Below, one piece after another: positions 49,391 to 59,145 of a stretch of 64,000 nucleotides of DNA. Source of the stretch: Mayamaea pseudoterrestris (taxonomy: Eukaryota); assembly GCA_027923505.1 (NCBI GenBank), contig BROI01000020.1, positions 186,001-250,000 on the forward strand, read 5' to 3'. Both the position numbers and the translations under genes were made by a program. Under the pieces are notes generated by a model. The model saw nothing but the letters and a program-made list of their open reading frames with translations. It did no database searches and was not told the origin of the DNA. Each line of letters begins with the position of its first letter. The stretch's first letter is position 1.

Positions 49391-50893
49391 TTACTGTCCC
49401 CGAGCGCCGCCTGACACTCTCTGGTCACGAAACTCCTGCACGAGCCAACGACTGTTCTCGGCAGTTTCAAAGAATCGGTCCCAATCACCCCAATACGACA
49501 CGGATCCGTCGTCTCGTGCCAAAAAGAATTGCGGATATTGGCAGCTTTCACCTGACAGAGAATGCAGCGTCTCGCGCAAGGCTGCGTTGGCCGGGTCGGA
49601 AGCGTCAATTTTTTCGTAGTCAATGCGGTTGCAACCAAAGACGGTAAACATGTAGAGTTGATTCGTGACAGCGGTCTGACTGCAAGACTTCATGTCGAGG
49701 AGGACTAAAAGGCGACCTTTGTTTGAACTACCAGTATTGTTGCCGCTCGTTGAGCTTGTTGGATGACTGGATGGCTCCGCAACATCGGTCGACTCATCTT
49801 GCTTGACTGTCGCATCGTCCGATGTAACTTGCTCCTGAAAACTCAAGCTGCTCGTCACGCTATCCGACACTGACTGTTCCGGACTCTGCGTAAGACCTTG
49901 CGAGGGGTCCGAATCGAGCGAAACAATCGTCACGTTTGCCTCATGGTCAGCAATAATCGTCGTGTTCATGTCGGCGGATGACGGTCCACTTGCTGCAATA
50001 CATTCATGCGTGGCTGAATCGTTCGTCGAAGTGTCGCTGATTGCGAAACTAGTAGTCATTGTAGTTGCATGCGCTTGGGGCGACGTTTCAATGAGAGTAG
50101 CATTCATTGTCGTTTCTGATGCCACAGCTTCCTTCGCCGCGATAGGCGCATTCGTTTTGGATGGCGTCACAACTACAGCAGTCATATCAGCTAGATTGCT
50201 TTCATTCAATTCCACATTCACTGCCGCCTCCTTCTTCGCAGCAGCGTTGCCGACGGACTGAAAGGCACTCTCAAAGGATCGAAAAAGCTGCGTCGTTCTT
50301 GGAGCTTGCATGGCAGCCGCCGCCAATACCTTGTGATGCTGACGCTCCTCCTCGAGCTGCAGCTCACCAATGCGCGTGGAATCGGTGGGAGAAATGGCCT
50401 GGACGCGGTTCACGTCGTCGTCGTCGAGAATGCTCTTGGTCATTTTGGGAAGAGGTGCCATGGCGGCGGCAGGCGGTGGCGACAACATGACTGGTACCGG
50501 AGACAGAATGCATGGAATGGGAGAGACAAGAGAAGACGTCAACGAGTCCTTTGGAGCAGGCTTCTTGACTGGCGTCGTTTTGATTTGGTCCGAAACCCAG
50601 CTTAGTTCGACCTTGGTGGCGGCCGGAGGAGGGCAAGGCGAGTCGTCCCGAAAGAGCTCCGGCGGAGCAACGTACGGGACTGCGTCTTGAGGACGCATCC
50701 ATGGGCACTTGAGAACAGTGTTTGGCATGTTATCGAGTGGAGGTAGGAGGAAAGATTTGGTGGAAAGATATGTAATGTATGAACGGATGAAGCGGAGCGA
50801 TGATCGGCCTCGTCGTCGTCGACAATTTGTGAAGCCGAGTTCATGAAAGCGTTCGAAGTCGCCATGCTGGCGCGTTGCTGACGTCGGCGACAA
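49391..50893 (-). CDS. Low-complexity Pro/Ser/Thr-rich protein with C-terminal SH3BGR/glutaredoxin-like domain
   Basis: C-terminus 'LLVLLD...YEKIDASDPANAALRETLHSLSG...YPQFFL...SYWGDWDRF'. The true start may be the ATG of 'MPNTVL' at ~50728. Confidence 0.7.
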   Translation of the reverse strand: MSPTSATRQHGDFERFHELGFTNCRRRRGRSSLRFIRSYITYLSTKSFLLPPLDNMPNTVLKCPWMRPQDAVPYVAPPELFRDDSPCPPPAATKVELSWVSDQIKTTPVKKPAPKDSLTSSLVSPIPCILSPVPVMLSPPPAAAMAPLPKMTKSILDDDDVNRVQAISPTDSTRIGELQLEEERQHHKVLAAAAMQAPRTTQLFRSFESAFQSVGNAAAKKEAAVNVELNESNLADMTAVVVTPSKTNAPIAAKEAVASETTMNATLIETSPQAHATTMTTSFAISDTSTNDSATHECIAASGPSSADMNTTIIADHEANVTIVSLDSDPSQGLTQSPEQSVSDSVTSSLSFQEQVTSDDATVKQDESTDVAEPSSHPTSSTSGNNTGSSNKGRLLVLLDMKSCSQTAVTNQLYMFTVFGCNRIDYEKIDASDPANAALRETLHSLSGESCQYPQFFLARDDGSVSYWGDWDRFFETAENSRWLVQEFRDQRVSGGARGQ

Positions 50894-51398
50894 CGGACAT
50901 TGTCAACGTTGTCGTTTCGCTTCGATACGATTGCTTCGAGAAAGTGGCCGTTTCTTTCTTTCCTGGTTTGTCTTATTAGGTACTTGTAGTAGGTACGACG
51001 AGGATAGAATATGTTTCTGTCAACTAAAGGTGATCAGGAACAGAAGGCTTTGATCGGCGGAAGGGGATACCGTAGGCTTATTGTGTGCGGTAGCTATGCG
51101 ATGCACGACTCATGATGTTAGGTCGCAGCCCCTATACATACAACCTTTGACAAGCGGCCTAACGAATCGATTAATGTTCGCTATTACCTAACAAAAGTTG
51201 CATCTCGTAGCTTAAACTACATCTCTTTGAAACGATTTACTCGCCATGCGTTGCATTGACGCAATGAAAAAGAATCATGTCTTGCAGAAGTCGACGCGAC
51301 AAAGATCGTCACATTTTACTACTTCTTCCGACTTTCCCAGCTAAACCGCTTGATTCATATGAAGAAACCCAAGATTACTTGCATGAGCGTACGGTAAA

Positions 51399-52256
51399 CT
51401 AGCCCATACTAGCATCCCGAGCAAGTACACTCTCAGCAAACTTGACTAGAAAGACAGTCTTTTCTCTTCTTGGCGGCAGTCCAATATTCAAAGCCGCCGT
51501 CGAAGCCAGAGGAGCCGCTTCTCCATCCTCCAGCGTGACGGAATGCGCCGTCACGCGCGCGAAAAAGCCAGCCCCATGCAAGACACCCGCAATGATTCCC
51601 GACAAGTAGGCATCGACGGAAAGACCTCCAAAGTCAGCCGGCACACTGACAAAGGTCGAAGTGATTGGTGCGTAATCAACAATCATGAACTCGTCCGCAT
51701 GGTCAATGCTTCGCTCCAGCGAGTCGGCTGGCTTTCCAAAGAGACTCTTCCATACTTGCGTCGAAACAAACTGCAGAATGCCCATGAGCCGCGTCTCTCG
51801 CTTGTATTCCTTGCTGCGGTAGGCTAGTAGCTCCAAAACTCGCAGACCAACACCATAGCCACATCCTTCCAGTCGACGTTCCAAGGCACTGATTGATTCC
51901 ACTCGATTCTGATAGTATTGTACCATCTCTGAGTAAAGTAATGCAAACATGGAGAGGCTCACTGATTCCGGTGCACCAGAGGAAGAGCTTGAGCCGGCTA
52001 TAGAAGCGCCAGTGCTGTAAATACAGGCAGGATTATGATATTGTTTGTTTTTGATAAGGAAAAATTGGGGTGCATTAGAGATAGTCCATGAAAGTACGAG
52101 ATATGTGCGAGATGACGCATCTTTGGCTGCGTCAACTTGACATGACACGATCCATTTGCTCGAGCCGCCTCCATCATGATGCAATTTTACATACCGAGGA
52201 CCTCTACCAACTGGGCGATCAAGTATGCTATTGGATGCTACCGCGCGAGATGCCAT
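51399..52256 (-). CDS. TRAPPC5: Trafficking protein particle complex subunit 5 (Trs31), with intron 52015-52194
   Basis: 'SILDRP', 'VSLSMFALLYSEMVQY', 'LERRLEGCGYGVGLRVLEL', 'WKSLFGKPADSLE', 'FVSVPADFGGL..DAYLSGII' and 'TVFLVKF'. Confidence 0.92.
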   Translation of the reverse strand: MASRAVASNSILDRPVGRGPRYVKLHHDGGGSSKWIVSCQVDAAKDASSRTYLVLSWTISNAPQFFLIKNKQYHNPACIYSTGASIAGSSSSSGAPESVSLSMFALLYSEMVQYYQNRVESISALERRLEGCGYGVGLRVLELLAYRSKEYKRETRLMGILQFVSTQVWKSLFGKPADSLERSIDHADEFMIVDYAPITSTFVSVPADFGGLSVDAYLSGIIAGVLHGAGFFARVTAHSVTLEDGEAAPLASTAALNIGLPPRREKTVFLVKFAESVLARDASMG

Positions 52257-52801
52257 GTTGTTGAACTGATCTGGAGAATTTTGCAGTGGATGTGGTCTGC
52301 GTTCATGGTCGAAACGGCGCGGTTGACGAAGGAACTGAGTACCGATACGATATTATTGCGACATTCGATTGGCGATGCGTTTTCGCCATCGAGCCTAACT
52401 ATGGCAGCACAGATTTAACTATAAGTATCATACAGTAGCAAGACGCACTGTCGCTGTATCATTCTTACGAAGACAAGAAAGTTGCCGTGCCCGACTGAGA
52501 CTGGACACTTTACTATACAACCGGTGAGTTCATTCGATGAGTCCATTCTGCCTGCCCGAGGCCCGATACAGTAGCCATCATTCGACGAAAGTTGCTATTT
52601 GTTTTTCTAGATCTTTCATTCTGACGAAAATTCTTTGTCGCGCTGCAAATGACTATTAATACAACAAAGGCTACTTATCACGGCTAAATATGCGCCGAAG
52701 GGTCTGCAGACATACTGTCAGGTATGCCACTTCTAAATCACTCGTTCCCCGCGCGGAGCATTAAGTAAAGTGCGAATTACTGTGTATTCCTATATTTTCG
52801 A

Positions 52802-53617
52802 TTAGTTAGCATCAGTAGGGTTCCTTTCATTTTGCCAGTTCACCACCGTTTGAAAGTCAAGCGAGCCACCAAAGATATCGAGTGCACTCCCCACCGTCAC
52901 ATCGACTTTGCCCTTTCCCAATCGTTCGACAAGATTCAAGTCGTCCAAACTCCGTACTCCGCCGGCATAGGTGACGCTAACATTGTCAGGACAATGCTCG
53001 CCGAGCAATTCCACAACATCCTCCAGAATGCCCGACTGCATGCCTTCCACATCTACTGCATGAATCAAAAACTCGCTGCAATATTCCGACAAACTCTGCA
53101 GCAGCTCCGCATTCACAATTGTATCCGTCCACGTTTGCCATCGATTCGTGACCACGTAATACTGATTGTCCGACTCTTTTTTGCGACAACTCAAATCCAG
53201 CACCAACTTATTCTTGGAACCAAGCACTTGCACCAGCTGTTTCAGTCGCTCCCAGTGAATCTTGCCGTCACAAAACACGTAGCTCGTGACAATCACGTGC
53301 GACGCACCCGCATTGATCCAGTCGAGGCAGTTATCCGACGTGACGCCGCCTCCAATTTGCAGGCCGTTTGGCCAGGCTGCCAGAGCGTCGCGGGCGGCTA
53401 TTTCGTTGTTTGGTCCGAGCATAATGACGTGACCACCAGTTAAATTGGCTTGTTGATAGAGCTTGGTATAGTAGGATGGAGGGTGCTGGCTGACAAAGTT
53501 TTCTTGAACGGCAGGAGTGGCGGCGTGTGCATCGTTGTCATCATCCTTCAAGGTGCTTCCGACGATTTGCTTGACTTGACCCTGATGCAAGTCGATGCAT
53601 GGGCGGATGCGAGTCAT
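52802..53617 (-). CDS. HIS6: ProFAR isomerase, eukaryote-type HisA (His6/HISN3)
   Basis: 'RPCIDLHQGQVKQIVGSTL', 'GGHVIMLG', 'LQIGGG', 'ASHVIVTSYVF', 'LVLDLSCR', 'EFLIHAVDVEG' and 'VDVTVGSALDIFGG'. Confidence 0.95.
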   Translation of the reverse strand: MTRIRPCIDLHQGQVKQIVGSTLKDDDNDAHAATPAVQENFVSQHPPSYYTKLYQQANLTGGHVIMLGPNNEIAARDALAAWPNGLQIGGGVTSDNCLDWINAGASHVIVTSYVFCDGKIHWERLKQLVQVLGSKNKLVLDLSCRKKESDNQYYVVTNRWQTWTDTIVNAELLQSLSEYCSEFLIHAVDVEGMQSGILEDVVELLGEHCPDNVSVTYAGGVRSLDDLNLVERLGKGKVDVTVGSALDIFGGSLDFQTVVNWQNERNPTDAN

Positions 53618-54116
53618 GTATGTAAACGTAGTATAAAGTTTAGCGAGTGTGTTGATGAGGTTGGAAGCGATGGAAAGAATGATGGCCGACGCAAAATCGC
53701 GTCGTCGAATGGATGAGGGTTTCCGTCGTACCGGTTTTACACGCAAGCCGGCTTTTCAATCACGCTGTGCTCATCGTTCGAGCTCGGATCGGTTTCCGCG
53801 GTGTCATCAGCCACGCGGCGAAGGCCATGGATGCAACCGAATGCCACAAAGGAAAGCTCCAGTAACGCCTTCAACCCGCTACAAGTCATCTACATAGACT
53901 CTGGAAGCGTTTGACTTTACTCGCCGAGATAGGAATTTATACTTAAACAAACTAAACTTGCAAGCAGCTCGAGAATTTGACGAACGCACGAGCTTAAACG
54001 CCGGAACTGCTTAGCTTCTCGCTCACCTTTCAAGGCATTCTACATGCGAAACAAGCCAATCTAAAACGCTCAATTCCTAAAAAAGAAACCAGCAATTAAT
54101 CTCTCCAAAGTCTATT

Positions 54117-55823
54117 ATGGTGCTCAAGGAGTGGCTACATCCGACGCGGCGTCGCGTCATGTCCTCGTCGACGCTGCGACAAGACGCTGCTCATGCATCC
54201 AATCTCGGCCCAGACGAAAGCAAGCAACCACAATCAACAACAGAATCTCCTCGTTCACTCAAGGAACTACTGGCTGCTATTCGTCGAAACGAAACGACGG
54301 AACTGCGACTAGGATGGACGGATCACGACTTTATTTTCAACGCTGCCTTTCCGATTCGTGCGGCGCGCGCACTCGCAAGGTCGCTGCAACGAAACACTAG
54401 CATTACCAGTGTATGTTTGGGTCATCGCTGCCTCCAAACATCCAACTACTTTATGCACAGAAAAAACTACGCCAACCATCCGACGCGACTGCCGCTGGTT
54501 TCGGCGCGCAAGCGCAAGCAAGCCTTGATTGTAATTTTGCAGGCAATTGCGCGATCGCTGTCACAGCAAGTGACGCATTTGCAACTCGTGTTGAACGAAT
54601 CACTGCCAGAGTCTGTACTCAGGCATGTTTTGACGAGTTTGCCGCGACTTTTGGTGTTGGAACTGCATGCGGTGCAAGTCAATGTCGCTAGAAATGTTGT
54701 TGTTGCTGCTGCATCTGCAGCTGTCAGCAGTTCCATGGCATTGACAAATAATGCGACCGCTGCAATTAAATGGGATTGCAACATTGTGTCGCAAGTGTTA
54801 GTGCACTGCAAGCTTGGCCATTTAAAGTCGCTCGCGCTCATTGACTGTGGACTGACGGACGAGACGGCCGTTTTGCTCGCCGATTACTTGCACGCAAAGG
54901 GAGGTATTGCCAATCTTTCGGTGCGCAACAATCGCAGCATTGGCGCACGCGGGTGGAGCAGATTGACGCAGGCTCCCATCATGGAGCGCTTGGATGCGAG
55001 TCTTTGCGACATGACTTGCGTAGAGGTTCAAGCCGTGGCGCAAGGCATTGTCCAGCGGCCGTGGCCGCTGAGTGCTCTTTGGCTGAATGGCAACTATCGC
55101 ATTGATGTACCAGGATTGGTTGCCATTACGAGTCCAACATGCTGCGAAAAAATAGTAGCTCTAGACTTGAGTTACTGCGAAATTGGCGATTACAAGGCGC
55201 TCAAGACGATTATGAATCTGCAAAAGATGACACCAAAGGCGCGATTGGAGCAACTCACCATGCATGGCAGCTTTGTCAGTGGAGCGGAAGTTTCGAACGA
55301 ATTGACTTTGCTGTTGAAGAATAGCAGCAGCCTTCGCGTGGTGCGCTTGAACGACCCATCCACTCCCAAAGTGTTTGGCGTATCGCAACTGCAAGGCTTG
55401 CTGACGAGTCTGCGTGACAATTATGACGTTGAAGAGTTGAAAATTGATTCAAATGGCTCGCCTGATGAGGAACATATATTGCAGGAGATGGACTTTTTGA
55501 TGCGCTTGAACCGCGCAGGGCGAAGAATTTTCCGGTCACAGAATCAGCATCCTCACCAACAACAACGGCAGCTACTAGAGCAACGAGGAGTTCCTAAAAG
55601 GCGAGGAAGCAACGACGACGACGAGTGGTTTGAGACTTTAGAACGAGCAGGACAAGACTTGGATGTTTTGTTTTGGATGGTCAAACAAAGTGCTGATCGG
55701 TTTGCGAGGGAGCAGCTCGGCCTTGTCAACAATCGTCAACGACCGCGGAAGCGTTCGACCAGTAGCCTGCTAATGATGTTTCGGGGTCGATCGGATCGCG
55801 CTGTGGCAGCTATGGATAGTTGA
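54117..55823 (+). CDS. RNI-like leucine-rich repeat protein
   Basis: Repeated LxxLxLxxC/N motifs ('LKSLALIDCGL', 'LSALWLNGN', 'IVALDLSYCEI') and a C-terminal 'LMRLNRAGRRIF...LDVLFWMVK'. Confidence 0.8.
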   Translation: MVLKEWLHPTRRRVMSSSTLRQDAAHASNLGPDESKQPQSTTESPRSLKELLAAIRRNETTELRLGWTDHDFIFNAAFPIRAARALARSLQRNTSITSVCLGHRCLQTSNYFMHRKNYANHPTRLPLVSARKRKQALIVILQAIARSLSQQVTHLQLVLNESLPESVLRHVLTSLPRLLVLELHAVQVNVARNVVVAAASAAVSSSMALTNNATAAIKWDCNIVSQVLVHCKLGHLKSLALIDCGLTDETAVLLADYLHAKGGIANLSVRNNRSIGARGWSRLTQAPIMERLDASLCDMTCVEVQAVAQGIVQRPWPLSALWLNGNYRIDVPGLVAITSPTCCEKIVALDLSYCEIGDYKALKTIMNLQKMTPKARLEQLTMHGSFVSGAEVSNELTLLLKNSSSLRVVRLNDPSTPKVFGVSQLQGLLTSLRDNYDVEELKIDSNGSPDEEHILQEMDFLMRLNRAGRRIFRSQNQHPHQQQRQLLEQRGVPKRRGSNDDDEWFETLERAGQDLDVLFWMVKQSADRFAREQLGLVNNRQRPRKRSTSSLLMMFRGRSDRAVAAMDS

Positions 55824-56302
55824 TAGTTGATAGGTCTCTATTTTTCTACCGGTACAGGTGAACTTGGATGGAATAGAATATAACAAGGATAGTCGATCAT
55901 AGTATTCGTGTTCACTCGGATTCGCCTTTCTGTGAGCCACAGCGATGCAGTATATAACTCAGAATGTAGTCCTATTATGATAAAATGATTTTGTACAAAG
56001 GGTAAAGCTTAAAGAAGTTTCGATGCAGAAAGAAGGGTCAGTAATGAGTAATACACCTCACCTCGACGGCGAGTTGGAAGCGAAGTGCTAGCAATCGGCC
56101 ATATCGAAGCTTACATCTCGCGTGACATTGAGATAAATGACAATGTAGTTAAAGATGCAAGCGCAATATATTCTACAGTACATGATAAGTAGATAACAAG
56201 ATGACGGTTGAAGGTTACAGTTACATGGAATCAATCTACTCGTAGATTCTTCTTTCTTCCTTATCGCCAATCTACTAAACTTTAACTTGCATCGAACTCG
56301 TC

Positions 56303-56722
56303 TTACATGGCGATGGGAAAGATCTGTCCACGAATCTCTCCACCAGGGCACTGGTCGGTGTGGACGTTAAAGTACCAAAGGCCTCTGTTGAGATCCTTTT
56401 TCTCCGACGGCGTAATGGTGAAGCAATTGCCCTTGGCCGGCGTCTTGACAGTTCCCTTCGAAAGAGTGTAGAGGACATCCGCCGTGCTAGCGATACCAAC
56501 CTTGGCGGGTCCGTGAATGTGGGAGTAGAGCTCAGGGGTGGAGAGGCCAGTGTAGGAAAGAAAGACGCAAAGATTCGATCCTCGGAGGCTGACGACAGCG
56601 TTTCCGAGGGCCTCGGACTCGTAGCAGCCACTCTGGGCGCCGTTCAACAGAGCAGAGTAGTAGTCAACCGCTGCGGCAAGGGACGGGAGGACGGTGGCGA
56701 GGAGGAGATAGAAGAGCTTCAT
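56303..56722 (-). CDS. Small secreted single-CHRD-domain protein (139 aa)
   Basis: Signal peptide 'MKLFYLLLATVLPSLAAA' and CHRD motifs 'LNGAQ', 'YTGLS', 'SHIHGPA' and 'GLWYFNVHT..CPGGEIRGQI'. Confidence 0.88.
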   Translation of the reverse strand: MKLFYLLLATVLPSLAAAVDYYSALLNGAQSGCYESEALGNAVVSLRGSNLCVFLSYTGLSTPELYSHIHGPAKVGIASTADVLYTLSKGTVKTPAKGNCFTITPSEKKDLNRGLWYFNVHTDQCPGGEIRGQIFPIAM

Positions 56723-57841
56723 GGTGGTGGAGGAAGTGTGAATCAGTGTGTGGTTTTGAAGCAAGGATTGTGATGAGATGTTGCTTTTGATCTCGGCCAA
56801 ATTTTCGATGACTGATTGCTTGCTTGTTATTGATTGATAGCAAACTCTAGGAGCATTTTCTACTAAATAGATGGTACTCAATTGCACGATAAGACACTCT
56901 TGGGCGCTCGATGAGTTGAATTGGATCGTGCATACTCCAGTTTTTGACATTGGGCAATACAAAGCAAATCTAGTCCAGCTGCCCGAGATTGGCCTGAGCA
57001 ACATTGGGACAGCGCGAGCCGACGCATTGAGCGATGCACGATCGTCATCCTGACGATAGAAACCCATGCTATGGCATGTAGTATAATAGTAAAGCAGTCT
57101 GAATATTTCTGGCAGCATAATGTTGCTGTTGTTGCATTCATGGTCTCTGACTTATCAGATAGCGCTAAAAAAGTCAGCTGAGCAACTGCGCGTCGCATGT
57201 CGCATTATAGCGTATCTCATCCTCCGTCCTACAATAAACGGCAAACTCCATCCATCGTATACAAAATTGTAAAACCTCCACAAGTTCGTTCCAGAACCAC
57301 CATGATTACGCTGTAAAAGTATGCGCGGCTCACGAAGACGTTCGTTCCGAAACTACTTGCAGGCGCATGAGGCGGACTTTCGTGACCTTTTGGTGTTAGA
57401 CAATAAAGACGCGCCCATCCAATGAGGAGGGTGCGTCGGACTTTACTTCCTACGCGGAAAAGATGCACGCGATGAAATTGTGGCGTCGGGACGACTCTAT
57501 CGACGTACCATTTTGGTGCAACTGTTGCCGCTTCCCCCCTTTTTTAATTTTAGCGCAAGGATTACACAATCACACACTGCTACCACGCGGCAGACCAAGG
57601 ATGGTGCTGCCGGTTCCAGTAAAGACCGGAATCTCCCATGTGACCTTATTAACTAACTACGACAGTCGTGAACGGCGATGAGTTGGCCTATCGGTATATA
57701 TGATTGAGCTCTTCCACCAATGCATTAAAGAAACATTAACGAAAACTTGAGCAATCTTTGAGCTGCCTGCGTTGTCCTTTTTTTGGCCGTGCTTTGCTCG
57801 TCGACTAAATAATGTGCAGCGCGTGGCATCTACTTGATGCC

Positions 57842-58285
57842 TCAATCTCCCTCCATTTTCCGTTTCGACGCTGCCAAGAGCTGCTCCTGCGCATCAGCCA
57901 GCTCTTGCGAAAACTCTTGCTTGCGCCTACGTTTATGAGCCCGTGCTTCAGGTTGTCGCTTTTGCGGTTGGATTCGCTGCACAATTTCATTCGCCTCGGC
58001 TGCCAGCGATCCAAACCCCATGTTTTCCAAAGCAGCAACGACATGTTGACTCGATACTTGTTTCATCTTTTCCGACGAACTGGGATTAATGGTCGCGAGT
58101 TCATTGGACAAGACTCGCAGAAACTCTTCCAAGCATGGAACCAAGGATGACACGGCCGAGTCTGTCAATGCTGGTGTTGCTTGCGAAGTTGTTGTGGTGC
58201 TGCTGTCGCCACCGCCAAAGTGTGCAGCTATTGCCGTCTCCAGTACTCGTCGGCGTCTTGTTACTGCAGTCGTTGACGAAGGCAT
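57842..58285 (-). CDS. Histone-fold protein, NC2-beta/Dr1-like
   Basis: 'CLEEFLRVLSNE...VSSQHVVAALENMGF' and C-terminal 'ELADAQEQLLAASK', which resembles the Dr1 'EEL..QQELF..AR' motif. Confidence 0.72.
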   Translation of the reverse strand: MPSSTTAVTRRRRVLETAIAAHFGGGDSSTTTTSQATPALTDSAVSSLVPCLEEFLRVLSNELATINPSSSEKMKQVSSQHVVAALENMGFGSLAAEANEIVQRIQPQKRQPEARAHKRRRKQEFSQELADAQEQLLAASKRKMEGD

Positions 58286-58971
58286 GCTTGGAGATATGGG
58301 TAGTATACAATATATGCTGGGTGAGATAGATGATCACGAGAATGAGTGCTGTTTATGGAGATGAAGGGCGGAAGTGGACGACGCCGGTGGTGTCGTCTTA
58401 GCGGTACTGATAACTCGCGTGCGACGTAGGTAGTCGTACGACTACGCAGTCGTGTGTCTACGACGCACTCCGCTTTGGCCCATCCTGACACAGTAAATAT
58501 CATACCTGTTGCTTAGCTTTCTGAGTTTTGTTATTCTCTTTCTGCAAAAGTCAGCTAGTGTGATGCCTACTTCCTACCTATATCTGGAGGCAGAGCAGCA
58601 CTTGGGTGCAAGCCCTACCAGGCTGCATAATTGCTTCTCGTGTGGGGCTGTGGCAATTATTTGCTAATGTCCATGACTAACATCAATAATTGCTATACAT
58701 ATCTTGTTACTAACTACAAATTGCTGTATGAAACATATGGGTAGGTGGATATTGCGGAGCTTGTGATGAAAGCCCTGCCGTTGCGCTGACCGTAAGCAAG
58801 GCCCCACATGGTACAGCCAGGCAACCTAAGTAGTATAATACACAATACATCTGACTTTGAGACCAGTATGACTATAAAAAGCTGTCAGGATACGAATTAA
58901 AGGTTGCGAAAGAAAATTTCGGATCGAGAAGTTGGTTGTTCGCCGCCAAAATTTGACCCTAAACCAGGGGT

Positions 58972-58977
58972 TATATA
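58972..58977 (+). promoter_or_regulatory. Putative upstream TATA box for the permuted tRNA transcript
   Basis: TATATA lies about 25-30 nt upstream of the predicted leader (59001) of the permuted tRNA. Confidence 0.45.
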
Positions 58978-59018
58978 GCACTATGGCCTCATCAATGTCA
59001 CGCGAGTGAACAGTCGAT

Positions 59019-59132
59019 ATCAGGAGATTCCGGGTTCGAATCCCGGGCAGGTTTGTGACAAACTCCTACAGGTCTGATGGGTAAAACCATCGGAACGACC
59101 TGTTGGCCCAATGGTAAGGCGCCTGACTACGG
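59019..59132 (+). tRNA. Circularly permuted tRNA-Arg(ACG): 3' half 59019-59054, 5' half 59097-59132, junction at position 37/38
   Basis: 5' half: GACCTGT TG GCCC AATGGTA AGGC G CCTGA CT ACG G. 3' half: A TCAGG AGATT CCGGG TTCGAAT CCCGG GCAGGTT. Joined, they give a full cloverleaf (acceptor GACCTGT/GCAGGTT, anticodon stem CCTGA/TCAGG, T-arm CCGGG/CCCGG). Confidence 0.85.
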
Positions 59133-59139
59133 ATCTCGC

Positions 59140-59145
59140 TTTTTT
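59140..59145 (+). terminator. RNA polymerase III oligo-T terminator (T6)
   Basis: TTTTTT begins 8 nt after the end of the tRNA 5' half. Confidence 0.65.

Noticed and set aside
52832..53443. 203-aa plus-strand ORF
   Set aside because: It is the antisense shadow of HIS6.
4879..58285. Whole gene block as cargo of a giant Starship-like element
   Set aside because: The content is ordinary intron-containing housekeeping genes (BRE1, TRAPPC5, HIS6, LHC) and I found no matching terminal or direct repeats. It cannot be fully excluded without an empty-site comparison.
58955..58965. Telomere-like CCCTAAA
   Set aside because: It is a single copy, not a telomeric array.
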